64,000 nucleotides of DNA from Takakia lepidozioides (lineage: Eukaryota; Plantae; Bryophyta), in the NCBI GenBank assembly GCA_030704615.1, contig CM060733.1, forward strand, positions 27,218,001 through 27,282,000. Direction: 5' to 3'. Shown here piece after piece: positions 13,653 to 27,660 of this stretch (the first letter of the stretch is position 1; each line of letters begins with the position of its first letter). A model generated the notes under the pieces. That model was not told the DNA's origin, made no database searches, and worked only from the letters and a program-made list of their open reading frames with translations. A program made the translations under genes and the position numbers.

Positions 13653-14200
13653 CACTAAAAGAAAAATGGGACTTTGCTACTGGGCTTACTACTCATTGTA
13701 AGTAGTAAATGACACCCTACTACTGGTCGAGTCGGAGTTACAAAGAACCAGTGGATTCGGACAGTCTAGTAGTAAAACTCATGACATGGCATGAGTAGTT
13801 TATTCTAGTAGTTACCATTACTCCGATGTCCTTGCCATGTGGATGCTAACATGGCACAGTTGTCTAACCACCCAGTATTGTCAATGATTGGAGACAAAAT
13901 CCGACGTGGCTGTTAGGCATTGGAACTTCTACTGATACACGTGTCTCCTATTGGTGGCTTTATTTCTAGATTAATTATGTGGCATGAAAAAACTGTCTAA
14001 TATAATATTACTCAACTCAAATATAGTATATCAAACCACTGTCTCAGTAGTTAATATTACTACATAGGTAATGAGGCTCTAATTTCAGATCACTATATCA
14101 GTCGTTTTAATAAAGTTAATAAATTACTTCACAAGTAATTCTTATTCAGTTGTTTGGATTATTGGTTTAGTGGGGAATGTGCAGTTATTTTCAACTGATT
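13653..14200 (+). mobile_element. CACTA element left end, same family as the end at 29517
   Basis: CACTAAAAGAAAAATGGGACTTTGCTACTGG is homologous to CACTACAAGGAAAATGGGATTTTACTACTGG at 29517. Both are followed by TACTACTC/GAGTAGT subterminal repeats. Right boundary is approximate. Confidence 0.6.
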
Positions 14201-14668
14201 GAGTCAACTGAAAGCAGGGTTGCACATGTCACTGACGTCACGTCACGTCGGACCTGACGCTGACGCGACCAATGTCACGTCAGTTTTGCCGAAAAATCAA
14301 TAAAACGTGAGTTAGATGAAAAATATGCCACGTAGGTGGACACCTTGTATTCCAAGCGACACCTTGGCAAGTGAATGAATTGTTTTATAAATTACTCCAT
14401 CCGCCAGTATTTGAGGTCATTTTTAAATCATTATTGTTAAATTGGTACGACCTCCAAATAGTGGTGGTTGCAGAATTTATTTTATTTTTTAATAGTTGCG
14501 ACCACCAGTAGAGGGGTTGTCGCAGCATTTTTTTTTTTTAAAAATAGACGCGACCACCAGCAGGGTTTAGGGTATTTTTTTCTTTTCTTAAACAGTTGCG
14601 ACCACCGCTACTGGTGGTCGCACAATTTTTATTTTATTTGTAATAGGTGCGACCACCATCAGGGGGGC

Positions 14669-17600
14669 TTTTTCTTTTTTCTTTTTTGCAAACAGGGGGT
14701 TATATCCCTGATATATTTATTATAAATTATTTGATGGGGAAAAAAATTAAAACCCCGGTTACACCATGAGGTACACACATTGTGATCAGTGTAGTTCGAG
14801 CCAACCTCTCTGAACGGAGATAAAGTCTAGGATACGAAAATAACTCCTATCTGACTCTTCAGTAAATGCAAAAAGAGCAAAGATTATTTTTACGAACCAA
14901 ATAGCCACTCAGTGGGCTAATCCAGGAGACCAAAAACCCGGGCACACTGCCCTAGACCTGAAACGAAGCTTAGGAGAGACGAGTGTCTTGTTGGACTTTC
15001 TAAGACTGTCGAAAAAAGCAGGGGAGGAGTGGTGATGAGAGTAAATAGTCCATTGACCTTCTCCATGATAGAGATTGCGAATCTATATGTAGTGCAGCTT
15101 GGAAGCTGTCGAGGAGGGCTTCAGATGCTTCCAGTTAATGTCTCTTTCAAATTCGGGGGAAAGAGTGAAGTGGCAAACGGAGATCTCGCCAAGCTGCTGG
15201 GGGGAGATCGTTCCAGTAACATCGGTCCTGCACAGGGATACTGCATATGATCCCCTGTCTACCCCAGGTGTGTTGAAAGTTCATGTGGATGGCGTCCGCG
15301 TTCCTGGCATCCCGCTGTATGACTGCACATATTTTGGCCCACGCCTTCCTAGCTTCAGTTTGTAAGTCAAGAAATACAGCAGCCAGGAGGGCGGATATGG
15401 AAGTGGTCTCTCCTAGAAAGGTATTCTTGCACCTTAGTTTCCATAGATGCCACAAAGCTGATGCTCTTAAGGTTTAAAAAACAGGGCAGTTAATGGCTCT
15501 GTTTTTAGTGGATAGATCATAGTTTAAGAGAATGATAGTGACTGAAAGAGAAGAGGGGTTCCAGTTCTGATAGAAGACTTTGATATGGGGCCAAATTCTT
15601 CCTGGGGCTTGGCATGAAAGGAGGCAATGTTCTATTGATTCGATTACTGCAGTAGAACAGCAAGCACATAAAACAGAACCCTGAAACTGTAGCCATTCCC
15701 CAACTTTGAAAACCCTATTTACTAACTGCCATAGAATGGATGCAATCTTTGAAGGGCGGGATTTAATCCAAACTGAACCCCAAATAGTCTTCCAGTTTTC
15801 ATCACAGAAGTTGTACAATCCCCATTTGGCTTCCCATTTCTTGTTCATAGATTGAGACACAGATAAAGCTTTGTATCCCTTCTTAGTTGTGTATGCAAAG
15901 AAAGGTTCTAGAGCATTGTTGAATTTCCAGGACCATTCTTGGGGGTCAGTATCCATCTCTGCGAGAGGTCTACCTAGAATCCATACAAAGGTGTTAGAAA
16001 GAAGCCAGGACCTGGTTGTGGTTGTAAGGGGTGGTATAGGATCCATGGCTTTATCTGGGGCTGTCCAGCAGCAGATTCTCACCGGCGTTAGAGTCATGAG
16101 ATTCAAGTGAACTGGGTTTGGGTTTGTAAGTGTAAGCCTAAGAGAGAAAGAGTCAATAGAGAAGGTGTATACTGACATATCATTTTGACTGAGTTCATCT
16201 ACATACAGGATGGTAAGCTTGTTTTGCATAATGACTAAAGCCCATGAGTTGGGAGTTGGCTGCGAAGGGCCAAGTGTCAGGGTGGCCAGCCACTATGGTG
16301 GGATAGTTTGAATAATATCTTGGTATCCCTTGGATGCACGAGGCCTCCCCACAATGAGGGCCAACTCCTCTTGAGAGCTTAGACTATCTCCCGACCATAT
16401 GTTATGAATCTGTCTGACCCCGAGGCAGTCCCATTTGGACCATCTCATAGCCTGGTTTTTCTGAGGAGCAGTTAGAGGTATGTCATTGAGAAACAGATGT
16501 TGTCTTTTGATTTCATAGAAGTTGCTTGGCTGGGCTTTCGTGAGCAGTTTTCTGAGCCTTCCCCAGGCCAACCAGATATTGGACCAAAGAGAGGAGCTCA
16601 CAGATTTAAGGTTGAAGCCTTGAGTGATCCAGCGCAATGATGGGGTCCAAGGGGTGTTTTTGAGTGGCGAGGAATTGGCAATGTGGTCATAGACCAAAAA
16701 TTTCCAGCATCCTCCTTCTGGTCCAAGAAAGCGCGGTATCCATTTTCCAAGGAGGGCTACTATCTATAGTTCAAGGTCTAGCACCCCCAGCCCTCCTTTT
16801 TTTGTAGGTAAACATATTTGAATCCAAGCTACCTGTGGTCTCTTGTTTTGAATGGAGCAATCTGCTCCCCATATGAAGTTCCGGAGGAGACGTCTGATTA
16901 CTTGCATCTATTTAGAGTTAGGGCGCCATGAGGAGGCATAGTACCATAGACCAGCTGAATGAATCTGATTCACCACTAAGGCTCTACCAACGAGAGAGAG
17001 ATTTTTTGACCCCCAGTAGGTCAATTTTCTCTTTAGTTTGGATAATGTGGAGGCAAAGATTTGCTGGTCTGAGAGGTTAATACCAAAGGTATATCCTAAC
17101 AAGGTGGTTGTTTCGCCAGGCTGGAGCCAACTAAGACCCTGATCCACCCCCCAAGAGGGTGGTGAGCCCATATTGGAAGCCGTTAGGTCACCAACGAGCA
17201 AGCCTGAAGTTTTGTTCCAATTAATTTTGAATCCTAAGGCTTTGCAAAAGGTACGCAGAGTATGTCCTGCTTGGTCCAAGTTTTCTGACTTTGCACTAGA
17301 AAAGTGTCATCCACGAACATAGAGTCAGTCAGGTAGGTGTATTGGCCCGTTATATAGTTTGAGACTCTAAGGCCTGTTATGAATTGGTTTTGCTGCAACA
17401 TATACCCAAGGGTATCTGCCACTACCAGAAACAGAACGGGTGAGAGGGGACATCCCTGTCTAACCGATCGCCGAAGAGGGAAGGAAGAAGACAAGTGGCC
17501 ATTAACAGTAACCCTATTGGATGAAGAAGTAAGAAGAATCTTGACCCACTTACAAAAGGAATGAGGGAAGCCAAATTTTACCAAGGCTGCAAGCAAGTAA

Positions 17601-20580
17601 GACCATTCCACCCGATCAAAAGCCTTTTCAAAATCCAAGAGAAGAAGGGCAATGGCCTGATTGGTCCTTAGGGCATAGTCCGGTATTTCCTGTGCAAGGA
17701 GGAGGTTGTCCAAAATATACCGTCCTTTAATAAATCATGTATGGTTGGGTCGAGTAATGAATGGAAGAAGAGGTTGAAGTCTAAGGGCAAGAGCCTTGGC
17801 AATGATTTTGTAGGCGACATTTAGAAGGGTTATAGGGCAGTAATTCGAAATATTCGTTCTGTCCCCCATTTTGTACATCAAGGTAATTACCCCTTGAGCC
17901 ATTGAAGGTGGCATCTGACCTTGCTGAAACAGATGGTTGGCCATAGCTGTAAAATCCCCTGAAATCTCTGGCCACAATGCTTTATAAAATTCAACAGAAA
18001 TGCCATCTATACCAGGCAATTTGTTGTTCTGCATCTTAGATAGAGCTTCTTCTAGTTCCCGGTCAAAGAAGTCTCCCTCAAGCTGCGCGGCGTATTCGGG
18101 AGAAAGCATGGTAGGAGTGTGAATCAGACAGGCTGTCTGGTCATTAGAAAGATCTAGGGAGATGTTGTCACTGTGAAAAAGGTGTTGGAAATGGTCCCCA
18201 GCATGGGCTGCCATCGATTTAGTGTTTGTGTTTGAGATCCCGGATGGTTGGGCAACAAGTTCAGAGATGGTCTGTGAAGCTCTTCTCAATCTGGTCTTGT
18301 CAAAGAAGTATTTTGTCATCTTTTCCCTTTTTGTTGACCAATTAACCCCCGCCTGTAGCTTCCACTTTCTTTCCTGGATTTTATGGTGAATGTCAAGATT
18401 GTTTCTGGCTTGGATATAAGTTTTGTAAGTATCTTAATCGCAATGACTGGATTCCAAAGCAGATTGGCATACTTTGAGGCATTTAGATAATGCCCTAACC
18501 TTTCTCTTTCGGATGAGTGCTAATTCTCGGCTCATTTTTTGGCTTTCTGTATTGACCACTTTTAGCCTGGCCAGGAAAAGCTCAGTTGGGTTTAGGTCTG
18601 GGTTTCCAGCCTGAGACCAAGCCTGCAAAATACCCTGTTTGAAGGAGGGTAATTTGAGGAGGAGATTATTCAGCTTGTAGAGGCCTCTGCCCCATTGGCA
18701 TGAATGAGGGATTGAGATAGAAAGGGTGATTGGTGCGTGGTCAAATCCCAAGGGAATGGGTTCCTGCGGGGCTCTTTTAGAGAATTGTACCAAATTGAGG
18801 GAAAGGTAAGCTATGTCAAGACGAGCCATACTAAGGTCGGTGAGGGTTCTATTGTTGGTCCATGTAAAGGTGACATTGGATGCTTGACCGAAAATAGGTG
18901 TTGCCTCCTTGAGACTATGTGTTTGAGCACAATTGAACCATTGGTCCATCTCCTCTGAATTTGGGTTGAAGGTTCCAGCCCCTCGCCTATCCTCCTGGAC
19001 TTCAACCATATTAAGATCACCTGCTACAATCCAGCTGTCTATGTTTAGTTGATCTTTGATTTTTGCATTGAGAAGTCTCCAAAAATCTGACCTTTCCGCA
19101 TATGAGTTTGGTGCGTAAGTGTTCACTAATCCAATCGAGCCAGCGGCATTGGGTGGGGTTATTGCGCAGAATTGCAATCTGCCAGGTATCCAGATATCTT
19201 CTGCTGCGAGAAAGGGTTGTAAAGATGGGGATAATAATATCGCCGTCCCTCCCTTGGTGCCTGAAGAGGTTGGTTTCCAAAGAGAGTTTGTTAAAGGCCA
19301 TAGATAGTCTGAAATGTTGTCTATATTGGTCTGGTCTAGCTTGTGTTCCTGTAGAAAAATTATAGAGTCACTGGAGAGGAAGGGAGCCATCCAAGTTTTG
19401 ATTCTCAGCCTTTTGAGAGATGAAGGGTTTGATCCAAGGCCCCTGATGTTCCATGAGTGAAGGTTAAAGGTCATTGGTAGGGTATGGAGGGCCTGGACTA
19501 GAAACCAGGTTTGATAGCCCTTTGGTATGATATACGAATTTTACCCTATGATCCCTAGGTCGCATTGAGTTGACCCAGATGAAGTTGTTTGGGTTTTTGC
19601 GGGTTTTGTTGTGGATGGTTATGAATACACCCCTAGCTCTGCATGGATATTGGATGTCTGGTATTGGTTGAAACTGCTCCTTTGAAACAGTGGAAATAGT
19701 AACAGTCTGGGTAGTTACTCCAGCCGGGAAAAAAACAGCTAAAAACAGGTGCTGGAGTTCTGGATATCTTTGGAGAAGAGAACCATCCGAAGGAAGATTT
19801 CCAGAGGGAATGTTGTCAGGCAAATTGCATGCCGGTAGGATGTGTCTCCTATCCTTATTTTGGCTGAGATGCTTACTTTTACTACACAAAATCCAGCATC
19901 TGTTAGTATTTCCTGATTGCAGCTGGTAAATGAAACAGGGTGAGGGTGAGATGGGCACCTGAATAGGGGAGGGTAGAGGGGTAGGTGTTAAAACCCTTGG
20001 TGGAGAGGTGACTTGCGAGCTGGCCTGGGAGATGAGTTGAGTGGAGACCGGTATTGGTGGAGGCGATATTTGCAGACTTTCGACGGCATGGTTGAAGTTG
20101 CTGCTTTCCTCCTGAGTTTTGGTGTTTGTTGATTCCTCCTGAGAGTCCGAGGACTTGTTTAGGGATCCGAATAGCTTGTTCTTGTTGATGTGCTCCCTGG
20201 GTCTTTAAATTTCCATTCTGTAATTGTCGTGGTCAACCTCGGAACCCAGGTGAGCTTCAAGCAGCTGGAATCCACTGACTAATGTGTCCTGATTACGGAT
20301 TTGCAATCTGTGGCTTCCTCCCGGAGCAAACAACCATTATTGGTAAGTCCAAATTGCCTCTATTGGCGGCGGTGCAGAGTAGATTTCTGCATCCTCTACA
20401 AGGGCAAGAATATGGGTTGAAGGTTTGACACTTAGCCCTGGGTGTTCCTCCAAATATGCTCCCCAGGAGATTTTTGTAAATGGTGAAAGTGAATAGTGGG
20501 GCTGCGACTTGTGGAAGAACTCCTGAATTTTGTATTTGAACAATATCTCAGGGCTGCTGTTGGGAGGGTTTGATTGCAGG
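14669..20580 (-). mobile_element. L1-clade LINE, degenerate: ORF1 remnant, AP endonuclease, RT and zf-RVT
   Basis: APE at 18434-19474 (SWNIRG, FLQE, YAPN, GDLN, ARLD, DHAPI). RT at 17234-18319 (PGIDG, PITLLN, LDFEKAFD, RQGCPLSP, FVDD). CCHC motif CACCSTAVIESIEHCLLSC. T-rich tract (A tail) at 14669-14687. Confidence 0.92.
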
Positions 20581-21178
20581 AAGAGTTTTTTTAATAGGTG
20601 CGACCACCAGCAAAGGGGTGGTCGCAGCAATTTTCTGTTTTTTTATATCTGTGACCACGAGCATGGGGTGGTCGCAACATTTTTTTTTTTTTTAATAGGT
20701 ACGACCACCAGTAGGGGGGTGGTCGCAGCAATTTTCTATTTTTTAATATCTGCGACCACCAGCATGAAGGTGGTCACAACAGTTTTTTAAAACAAATAAC
20801 ATGCGACTTCCTCGTGCGACCTAGAGCGGTCGCAACATTGGATTCTGATTCGTCGAGCGTGTGAGGCTTGGAGGCTGGAGGGTATATAAGGTGGTCACAA
20901 TGTCTCTCACTTTATTTTGTGGCAAACACTTTTGTGGCGAGTGAATGTTCTCTATTCCTTGAGCAAGAGTGTAAGCCCAAGAGGAGGGTGCGGACCGTTT
21001 GCTGTTGTGGCTTCCACCAGAGCCACTGCAGCAAATTGTCGAAAAGCACAATACTACATAGTGCATTGATCCACTTGGATTGATGTCGTAGTATTGGGTC
21101 ATTGCATTCTGTTCTAACTTCTATTGTTCTTGACAAATCTACCAAGTACACTAGTATTCTTCGTTCAACCTTAAGTCT

Positions 21179-21875
21179 ATGGTTAGGGTTTTGGGTGTGA
21201 GGATGAGGGAGGGGTGGATCCCTTGGGTCACCGTAGACCCGCACAAAAAGGACGGTGTTCAATGCAATCTCTGTGCATTGAAGCTGGCGGGTCGCAAAGA
21301 TCGCATGTTATATCACCTCGGCTACAGAGATGGGAAGAATGCAGGGGTTAGTTTGTGCCCAAAAGCTTCCATGCGAGTGAAAGCCCACTTGGAGCACGGA
21401 CAATAATATGGCCGATATTTTGATGGTACGATATCCCCATCTATATTACCAAAGGTGTGCTGCTCATATCTTTGATCTCTTTTTGGAGGATTGGGGAAAA
21501 GAATCATGGATGAAACAACTAGTAAAAATGACAAAGTCAGTTGTGACGTTCATTCGTACACATCACATCCCTCTGGCATTGTTTAGAAAGCATGAACCCA
21601 AATACAGCCTTAGGAACCCGGGTGAAACCCGCTTTGCCACAAACTTTTTGATGGTGGATCGATTGGTGACTATGAGGGCGGGTCTGGAGCAAGTGCTCAT
21701 TGACCCTCAATGGGATGCGTATGTGGGCACCTTACACGACTCTCGTAAGTTCAAGTCTTTGAGCAAATTGCTTTGCGGGAGTTTGATGGAAAACAACCAA
21801 TAATGGGTAAAGCATGGTTGATATTGGAAAACCTTGAGAAGCACATGCAATCCTTGAGGCGTCCTCCATATGTAG
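21179..21875 (+). pseudogene. hAT transposase N-terminal part (BED finger plus DUF659/DDE core, with an internal deletion)
   Basis: CNLC...HLG...CP (BED finger), CAAHIFDL, PGETRFAT and LREFDGKQPIMG. Confidence 0.85.
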
Positions 21876-22360
21876 AACAGTTTCATTCGGGCCATGATTC
21901 TACAATGGTCCAGGAATTACTGTGGCCCAGGAATTAGAGTGGGGCGCCTATGTAGGAAGGCCACGTGTATTAAGGAATGAGATGAGGGGGTCTAAGAAAA
22001 GAATGAAGAAATTGGCTAAATTTAGAATAGGGAGTCCTGTAGGGTTAACATGTGTCCAGGGTCTTCTAGAAAGCTCCCGGGGCAGGCTTCTAGAAGGGTC
22101 CTACCTCCCTGAGATGCTATATAAGCGAAACCCCCCCTCTTACTATGTACTAACTTATTACCTATTAAATCAGTAAATAGGTGCAACTACCAGCAGGGGG
22201 GTGATCGCAACATTTTTCTTTTATTTTAACAGTTGCGACGACTGCTACTGGTGGTCGCACAATTTTTAAAAAAAAAATATGTGTGACCACGAGGAGGTTG
22301 GTCCCCCTGCACCTGTATGTATGTTTGGAGAGGCAGATGAAAAGCACATGTATCGACTCC

Positions 22361-23156
22361 TCATGGATTTGTGAAGGGGAAGATGAATGTTGGGAGCTGC
22401 ATCAATTGGGATGACACCATGTCGCAGCTCATCAACAACAAGGTCATCGAATGATGGATGCATTGCAGCATCATCGTCATTAAATTCATATGGGTCATGT
22501 GGAGGATTGCCCCCACATCATCGGACCCATCCCAACCGTCGAAGTCGGAGTCCCTCGCGGCGTAAGTGTCATCATTGTTGCTAGATTTGACCTCTGAGGC
22601 AGATTCTTCAGACAACAGATTCTTCTCGTACCATGCAGATGCGTCATTTGTTGTCCTCTCTCGCAGTAGCCTACAATTCGTGTAGACATAAACCAATTTG
22701 TTAGCCCTGGCAGGATTCAACCTGTTGCGAATCTTGTTGTGAACAAACGAGTAACTGTTCCAGTTCCGCTCACATGACGAGGCAGAGCACACTTGAGCAA
22801 GAATATGCTTTGCAATGGGAACTAACGTTCTTGCTCCAGCTCCAATCAGATCCCACCATTCATGTGGCAACATGTTCATTGCTTTTGGATCCGGCTTGTC
22901 ATGCAAAAGATTCTGCCGAGAAGCATTGGTACTCGGACAAAGTTCACTCTGCGATGTTCAAGGGCGCAAGTTGCATGATGACCCGTACAAACCCGACATT
23001 GGCATCCACATCGTCTTTCAAATCCGTATTGTTCAACAAAAATGGATTCAGCAAGGCTCCCGCATAATGCAAATCCTTGCGAACCATCCGTTTGCGGTCG
23101 TAAAATGCATCATCGGTCCTTGCCGCCAAATCATCGTCCATAGAATTATTCGCATC
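22361..23156 (-). pseudogene. hAT transposase C-terminal part (hATC dimerisation domain), inverted relative to the N-terminal part
   Basis: LHYAGALLNP and EWW...LAQVCSASSCERNWNSYSFVHNKIRNRL...LVYVYTN. Confidence 0.9.
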
Positions 23157-23407
23157 TATTTAACAAAAAGAAAAATGGTCCGACCACCCCCCTACTGGTG
23201 GTCGCAGCTATTTAAAAATAGAAAATTCTGCGACCACCCCATTGCTGGTGGTCGCCCCTAAAAAAAATGATGCGACCACCCCCCCTGCTGGTAGTCGCAG
23301 ATATTAAAAAAAAAGAAAATTATGTGAGCACCCCCATGCGAGGACCCCCCTGCTGGTGGTCGTACCTTAAAAAAAATGGTGCGACCACCCCCTGTTGGTG
23401 GTCGCAG

Positions 23408-23625
23408 TTTTTTTTTTTTTTTTTCGGGAAACACCTGGGAGCGACAGCTCACAAATCAGGCCCCTTAGTAGTGAGAAGAGAAAATAACCTCTTTCATTTA
23501 TGCGCCATGAGGCGTAGGAATGGGGCATCACCCACGAACCATACCACACCCATCAAGTAGCAAGAATTGACCCCAGAATCGTCCGGGTCGCACTCAGTGC
23601 ACTTAACCAACTAAGCTACTGACTG
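23408..23625 (-). mobile_element. tRNA-derived SINE
   Basis: The minus strand shows a Pol III A-box (TAGCTTAGTTGG), a B-box-like GGGTCAATTC, a ~150-nt body and an A17 tail (T-run 23408-23424). Confidence 0.7.
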
Positions 23626-24085
23626 TTGGTAGATATTAAAAAATCGGAAAATTATGCGACCACCCCCCTACGACCACCCCCCTGCTGGTGGTCACATCTA
23701 TCAAAGAAAAGGAAAATAGTGCGACCACTAGCAGGTGGTGGTCGCACCTATTAAAAAAAAAATAAAAATATGCGACCACCCCTGTCGCACCCATTAAAAT
23801 AATAATAATAATAATCTGCGACCACCCCCCTGCTAGTGGTCGCACCTATTAAAAAAAATAAAAATTCTACGACCACCCCCCTACTGGTGGTCGCACATAA
23901 TAAAAAAGAAAAAAAATGATGCGACCACCCCCTGCCGGCGGTCGCAGCTATTACTAGCGTGCGTAGTCATGATGACAGCGCGCGCCCCGAGTGTGGATGG
24001 GGGCTTATAAGGCCTTCGAGGCCATTCTTTCCCTCACTTTTCTCCACACCAGGACTTGGTGGGCGAAAGGATGTTGCATTCCTTG

Positions 24086-24435
24086 TGTCAAGTTAAATAA
24101 ACACAGTGTGAAACTAACTAGAATAAATCTAGTTATTTGTATTTAATACTTGGAATTAGTTCAAGTGTTAAGTCAGGTGTCAAGTTTAGCTTGACACCTG
24201 AACCATCTTATCTTCACGAGCTCGTCAGTTGTGCGGCTCATCTCTCTCGAGTTGAGCCTGCACGACCGAGCTCCCTCGTTGCTTAGCATCCGAGTGTACT
24301 TATGGAGGGAGAGTAAGATGTTGTGGGGTGGAGTCCCCATAGCTTGGGGTGCCCCTGGCTCGACTCTTATTTTAACGAGTGATTGTGTTGTATTTCGTGT
24401 TTCTGTGTCAACAATGTGAGTTTAGTTTTCATATC
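24086..24435 (+). repeat. ~350-bp LTR-like dispersed repeat, with an inverted copy at 49610-49957
   Basis: Near-identical to the reverse complement of 49610-49957. Begins TGTCAAG. No TSD seen. Confidence 0.85.
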
Positions 24436-27254
24436 ACGAGAGAGAGATGGCTTGTGTCTTTTAGTACGATATACGAGTCTTAGTTAGCACTAGTGTCTTG
24501 TTTTTGTGTTTGAAGCTTCCTTAAGATGTCAGCTCAGTTGAGTGAGTGGAAGATTGAGTGGAAAAAAATTAGCAGTTGAAGGGATTACTCATGTCGAGAA
24601 AACCTGTAGTTAAGAGAAAAATGAAATTTTGAGAAGAAAGATTGGTTTGTTTACGTGCTTAGCTGCTGATTTCTCTGTGACGGAAGTGATGAAACTGAAT
24701 ACAGATGGCATGTGAGCAGTATCGATGGAGTTTCAGCACCGTAACAAGTGAGCATGTGGCGAAGGGATGAGGCAGTCTGCAACTCCTAGGTTGGGAAAGT
24801 GTAGCCTGGAGGCATTAACTACTTTGTGCAGGCACGGTATGCGTAGACAGCGGCCACTTCATACTGACTAGTATCGGCTTGCGGACAACTTTACTCTTGT
24901 ATGATAAACCAGCGACGTATGATGAACCAGCAAATTGCCGAAGAAGAGGAAGGCAGTATCGAGGGCAACAACTCGCTCAATCACGAACGTCAGAATTTGA
25001 TTCAACTGGAGGTGGTGAACGACTGAGTCCGGTGCCATTGGTGTTAGGTGCAATAGGGCATTGAAAATGTAAGGGCTAGAACCAGATGACCAGCAACGCC
25101 CTAGCAACGCTCCGAATGGTGTAGCCGTTGCTGCCAAGCCGTGTTGGAACCAGCTCATGACCTGCAACATCTAGCCTGTAATATGCCAGGGATAAGCCAC
25201 ACGGAAGAGTATCTGCAAGGGTTGATGTTGGCCGATCTTGTAAGCTAGGAAGCTGATAACAACACATGACCGGGCTGACCGCAACGTAGCCAGTTGGTTG
25301 GCGTCGATATGTTTACAAGGTACTTGCAGGCTGGTGCTTAAAAACCACAATGACAAGCAGAATATGGAGTGGCTTACTGGTAACTGAGTTAGCAAATATT
25401 ATGAAAATCCGCCACTCAAGTTTATGGTTGTTAAGAATAGGAAGAAGCGGGGAGCGGCAGTGTCTCGGTCGAGCAACCTGACAGTAGAGATGTGAAGAGA
25501 AATGGAGCACGGTGTGAGGCCATGTTGGCTGGAAGAACTCAATGAATGATTTGCCATCAGAATATTGGGTTCGTGGTTTGGCGGCTTCCATCGACTCGAA
25601 CAAAAGCTGAACAGACCAGACCCTCGTTTTGTTTTCATTAATCATATCCAAAGTCAACCTATCGGGCTGGAGGCTCTAATGGAGGACGATTAGCTAGCTC
25701 CATCGACGAACTCTGCAATGGTGGAGCTGCGAACAGAAGCTTGAATCAGAATTAACTTGAGCAATCGGCACTACTGCTCAGGTAGTCCTGGTTGGGATGT
25801 CCACTCGTCCATCTGTAGGTTTGATAAATCTACGGGGGCGATGTCATAGCGCACCTAGGTAGTCTTCAGTGACACCTCAGTGACACTTACGTTGCTGAGA
25901 AGGTAAGGTATTCATGATGGATTGACGTCAGTGGCAAGATGAACATGACGGATCTTGAGACTGTTGGAGACCTGCGAACAGTGGAGTTTGGATGGCCTTG
26001 ACTCGAGAAAGGTGTGAAGAAGATTGACAAACTCCTCCGCCGTGACCAGGTTGTGGTGATCTCATTAATCTCTGTATTTTCCATGGTGGGCTATTTGAAT
26101 TGGAACTGATCCGGGTTCGTTTTGCCTGCCATTCGAATACCAACATTCAACGATATGGCTGGCCACCACCTCAAGGTGAAGCTGGATTGAAGTTAGAAAA
26201 TGGTGGATGGCTGTGAAATTGATTAGTCAATTCAAATGAGGGCCAATTGCTCTTGAATCGCTGGCCGAAGGTGGCGTCGGGCTCTGAACAGCTGGGGGAT
26301 TTTGCGGGCACTCGCATGGCACTATATTTTTTAACTTGATGGGAACCTACAGGGAATCGCAAAAAAAACAAAACAAAACAAAAACGTGGGAACGAACCAA
26401 AAGAAACTAATTGAAAATAGTTTTTCCTTGTATTTGTTTCCATTTAAGGTCATATATTATGTTTAGAGAGCCCGTTTGGCCACATCTTTGTCAAATGAGC
26501 TCCATTTGACGCAGTTTTTGGGGAGATAGCTGCAGGAAGGGGAAATCTACCAACTCATATTCTAAAAATTGGTTTTAGTTTTTTGGACCTGACCAAAAAT
26601 CTATAGAATTTTAGGCAATGCCATAAGTTTGAAGGGGGACCCCATTATCTATTCAATGAGCTTAAGGCTAATCAACCTTAACCACAGGGAGTAATGGCAA
26701 GTTAAGCAAATCTGACTGACCCAATTTTGGTCTATATTATACGACGCGAGGGTTAATTTGATGGAGAGTGACTGGTGTATTAAAAAATGCCCTTCTACAA
26801 ACACATCCTTCAGATGAAGATTAAATTGGAAAACCCCCTAAAACATAAGCCACATAACTGGACACATTAATTAATTCTTCCATGGTGGTACTGCCGCTTT
26901 ATTAACAAGTTACAAAAAGGTACAAAAGGTGGAAAACAGGTCTATACAATGCAGAGAGGACTAGCTAGAAGGCACAATGCCTACGACTAGATTGAAGAGT
27001 AATTGGGATGTAGTGTGGCTGCAGTCTGTCATGATTATGAATAGCACTCAAACTTTGCGAACCGTTACAGTTTGATGAGAGTGTCGTGACAACAACATTT
27101 TTGTCAACTCTTGTAGCCCCCAAGTCTTGAAGCCTAGAGAAAGCAGATAGGCCCTCAAAGAAAATGCTGACTATGTCAACCATGGTAAGCTCATTGGGTA
27201 CTGAAACCATAGATTTCCAGATGGATGTGGATCTTTTGTAATCAAATTGCAAGG

Positions 27255-27660
27255 GGTTTCATTCAGTTTTACTTCAGGGAATAGTTACAAGTAAGTATAT
27301 ATTTTGGGACTATGACATAGGGTGGGCTGATTCAATGCATGATGCAAATCTCTAGGGTCGTACAACAATTGTGAAATTTTGTGAAGTTGGAAGATTAGCA
27401 CCGTATGCTTTGGTTGGGGATGCAGCTTATCTTGCACGTCCATAGATGTTTCCACCATTCAAAGGTCACAAGGATGGTCTTTCCAGAGAACATTACAATT
27501 GGAACTTCATACAGAGTAGCACCAGGATGTGCATAGAAAGAGCTTTTGGTCTATTAAAGGGCCAATGGAGAATAATACTGAAAAGTTTAGATGTGAATCT
27601 CAAGTTAGTCCCTGAAATTGTTGAAACATGTCTCATTTTACATAACATGCACGGATTATC
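27255..27660 (+). pseudogene. PIF/Harbinger DDE transposase (HARBI1-like) remnant
   Basis: LQGIV...IGWADSMHDA, LVGDAAY, NFIQSSTRMCIERAFGLLKGQWRI and CLILHN, with internal stops. A possible PIF left end (TTA|GAGAGCCCGTTTGG) lies near 26466. Confidence 0.9.

Larger units (their letters stand above)
14444..23956. mobile_element. Decayed hAT (BED-DUF659-hATC, Tag1-like) element with palindromic repeat arrays, interrupted by a LINE, an LTR-like fragment and a SINE
   Basis: Arrays of GCGACCACC-N(3-12)-GGTGGTCGC at 14444-14668, 20590-20900, 22180-22290 and 23180-23950 surround the transposase fragments. The right end reads ...GCAGCTATTACTA at 23956. No left TIR was found. Confidence 0.65.

Noticed and set aside
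23560-23625. tRNA gene
   Set aside because: A and B boxes are present, but there is no full cloverleaf, and an unrelated body and poly(A) tail follow. It is a SINE.
20590-23950. Regularly spaced palindromic GCGACCACC...GGTGGTCGC units with variable spacers, CRISPR-like in appearance
   Set aside because: Spacers are A/T homopolymer-rich and similar to one another, the repeats are degenerate, there are no cas genes, and the context is eukaryotic. They are transposon subterminal repeats.
24700-26400. GC-richer region with many short ORFs
   Set aside because: No recognisable motif in any frame.
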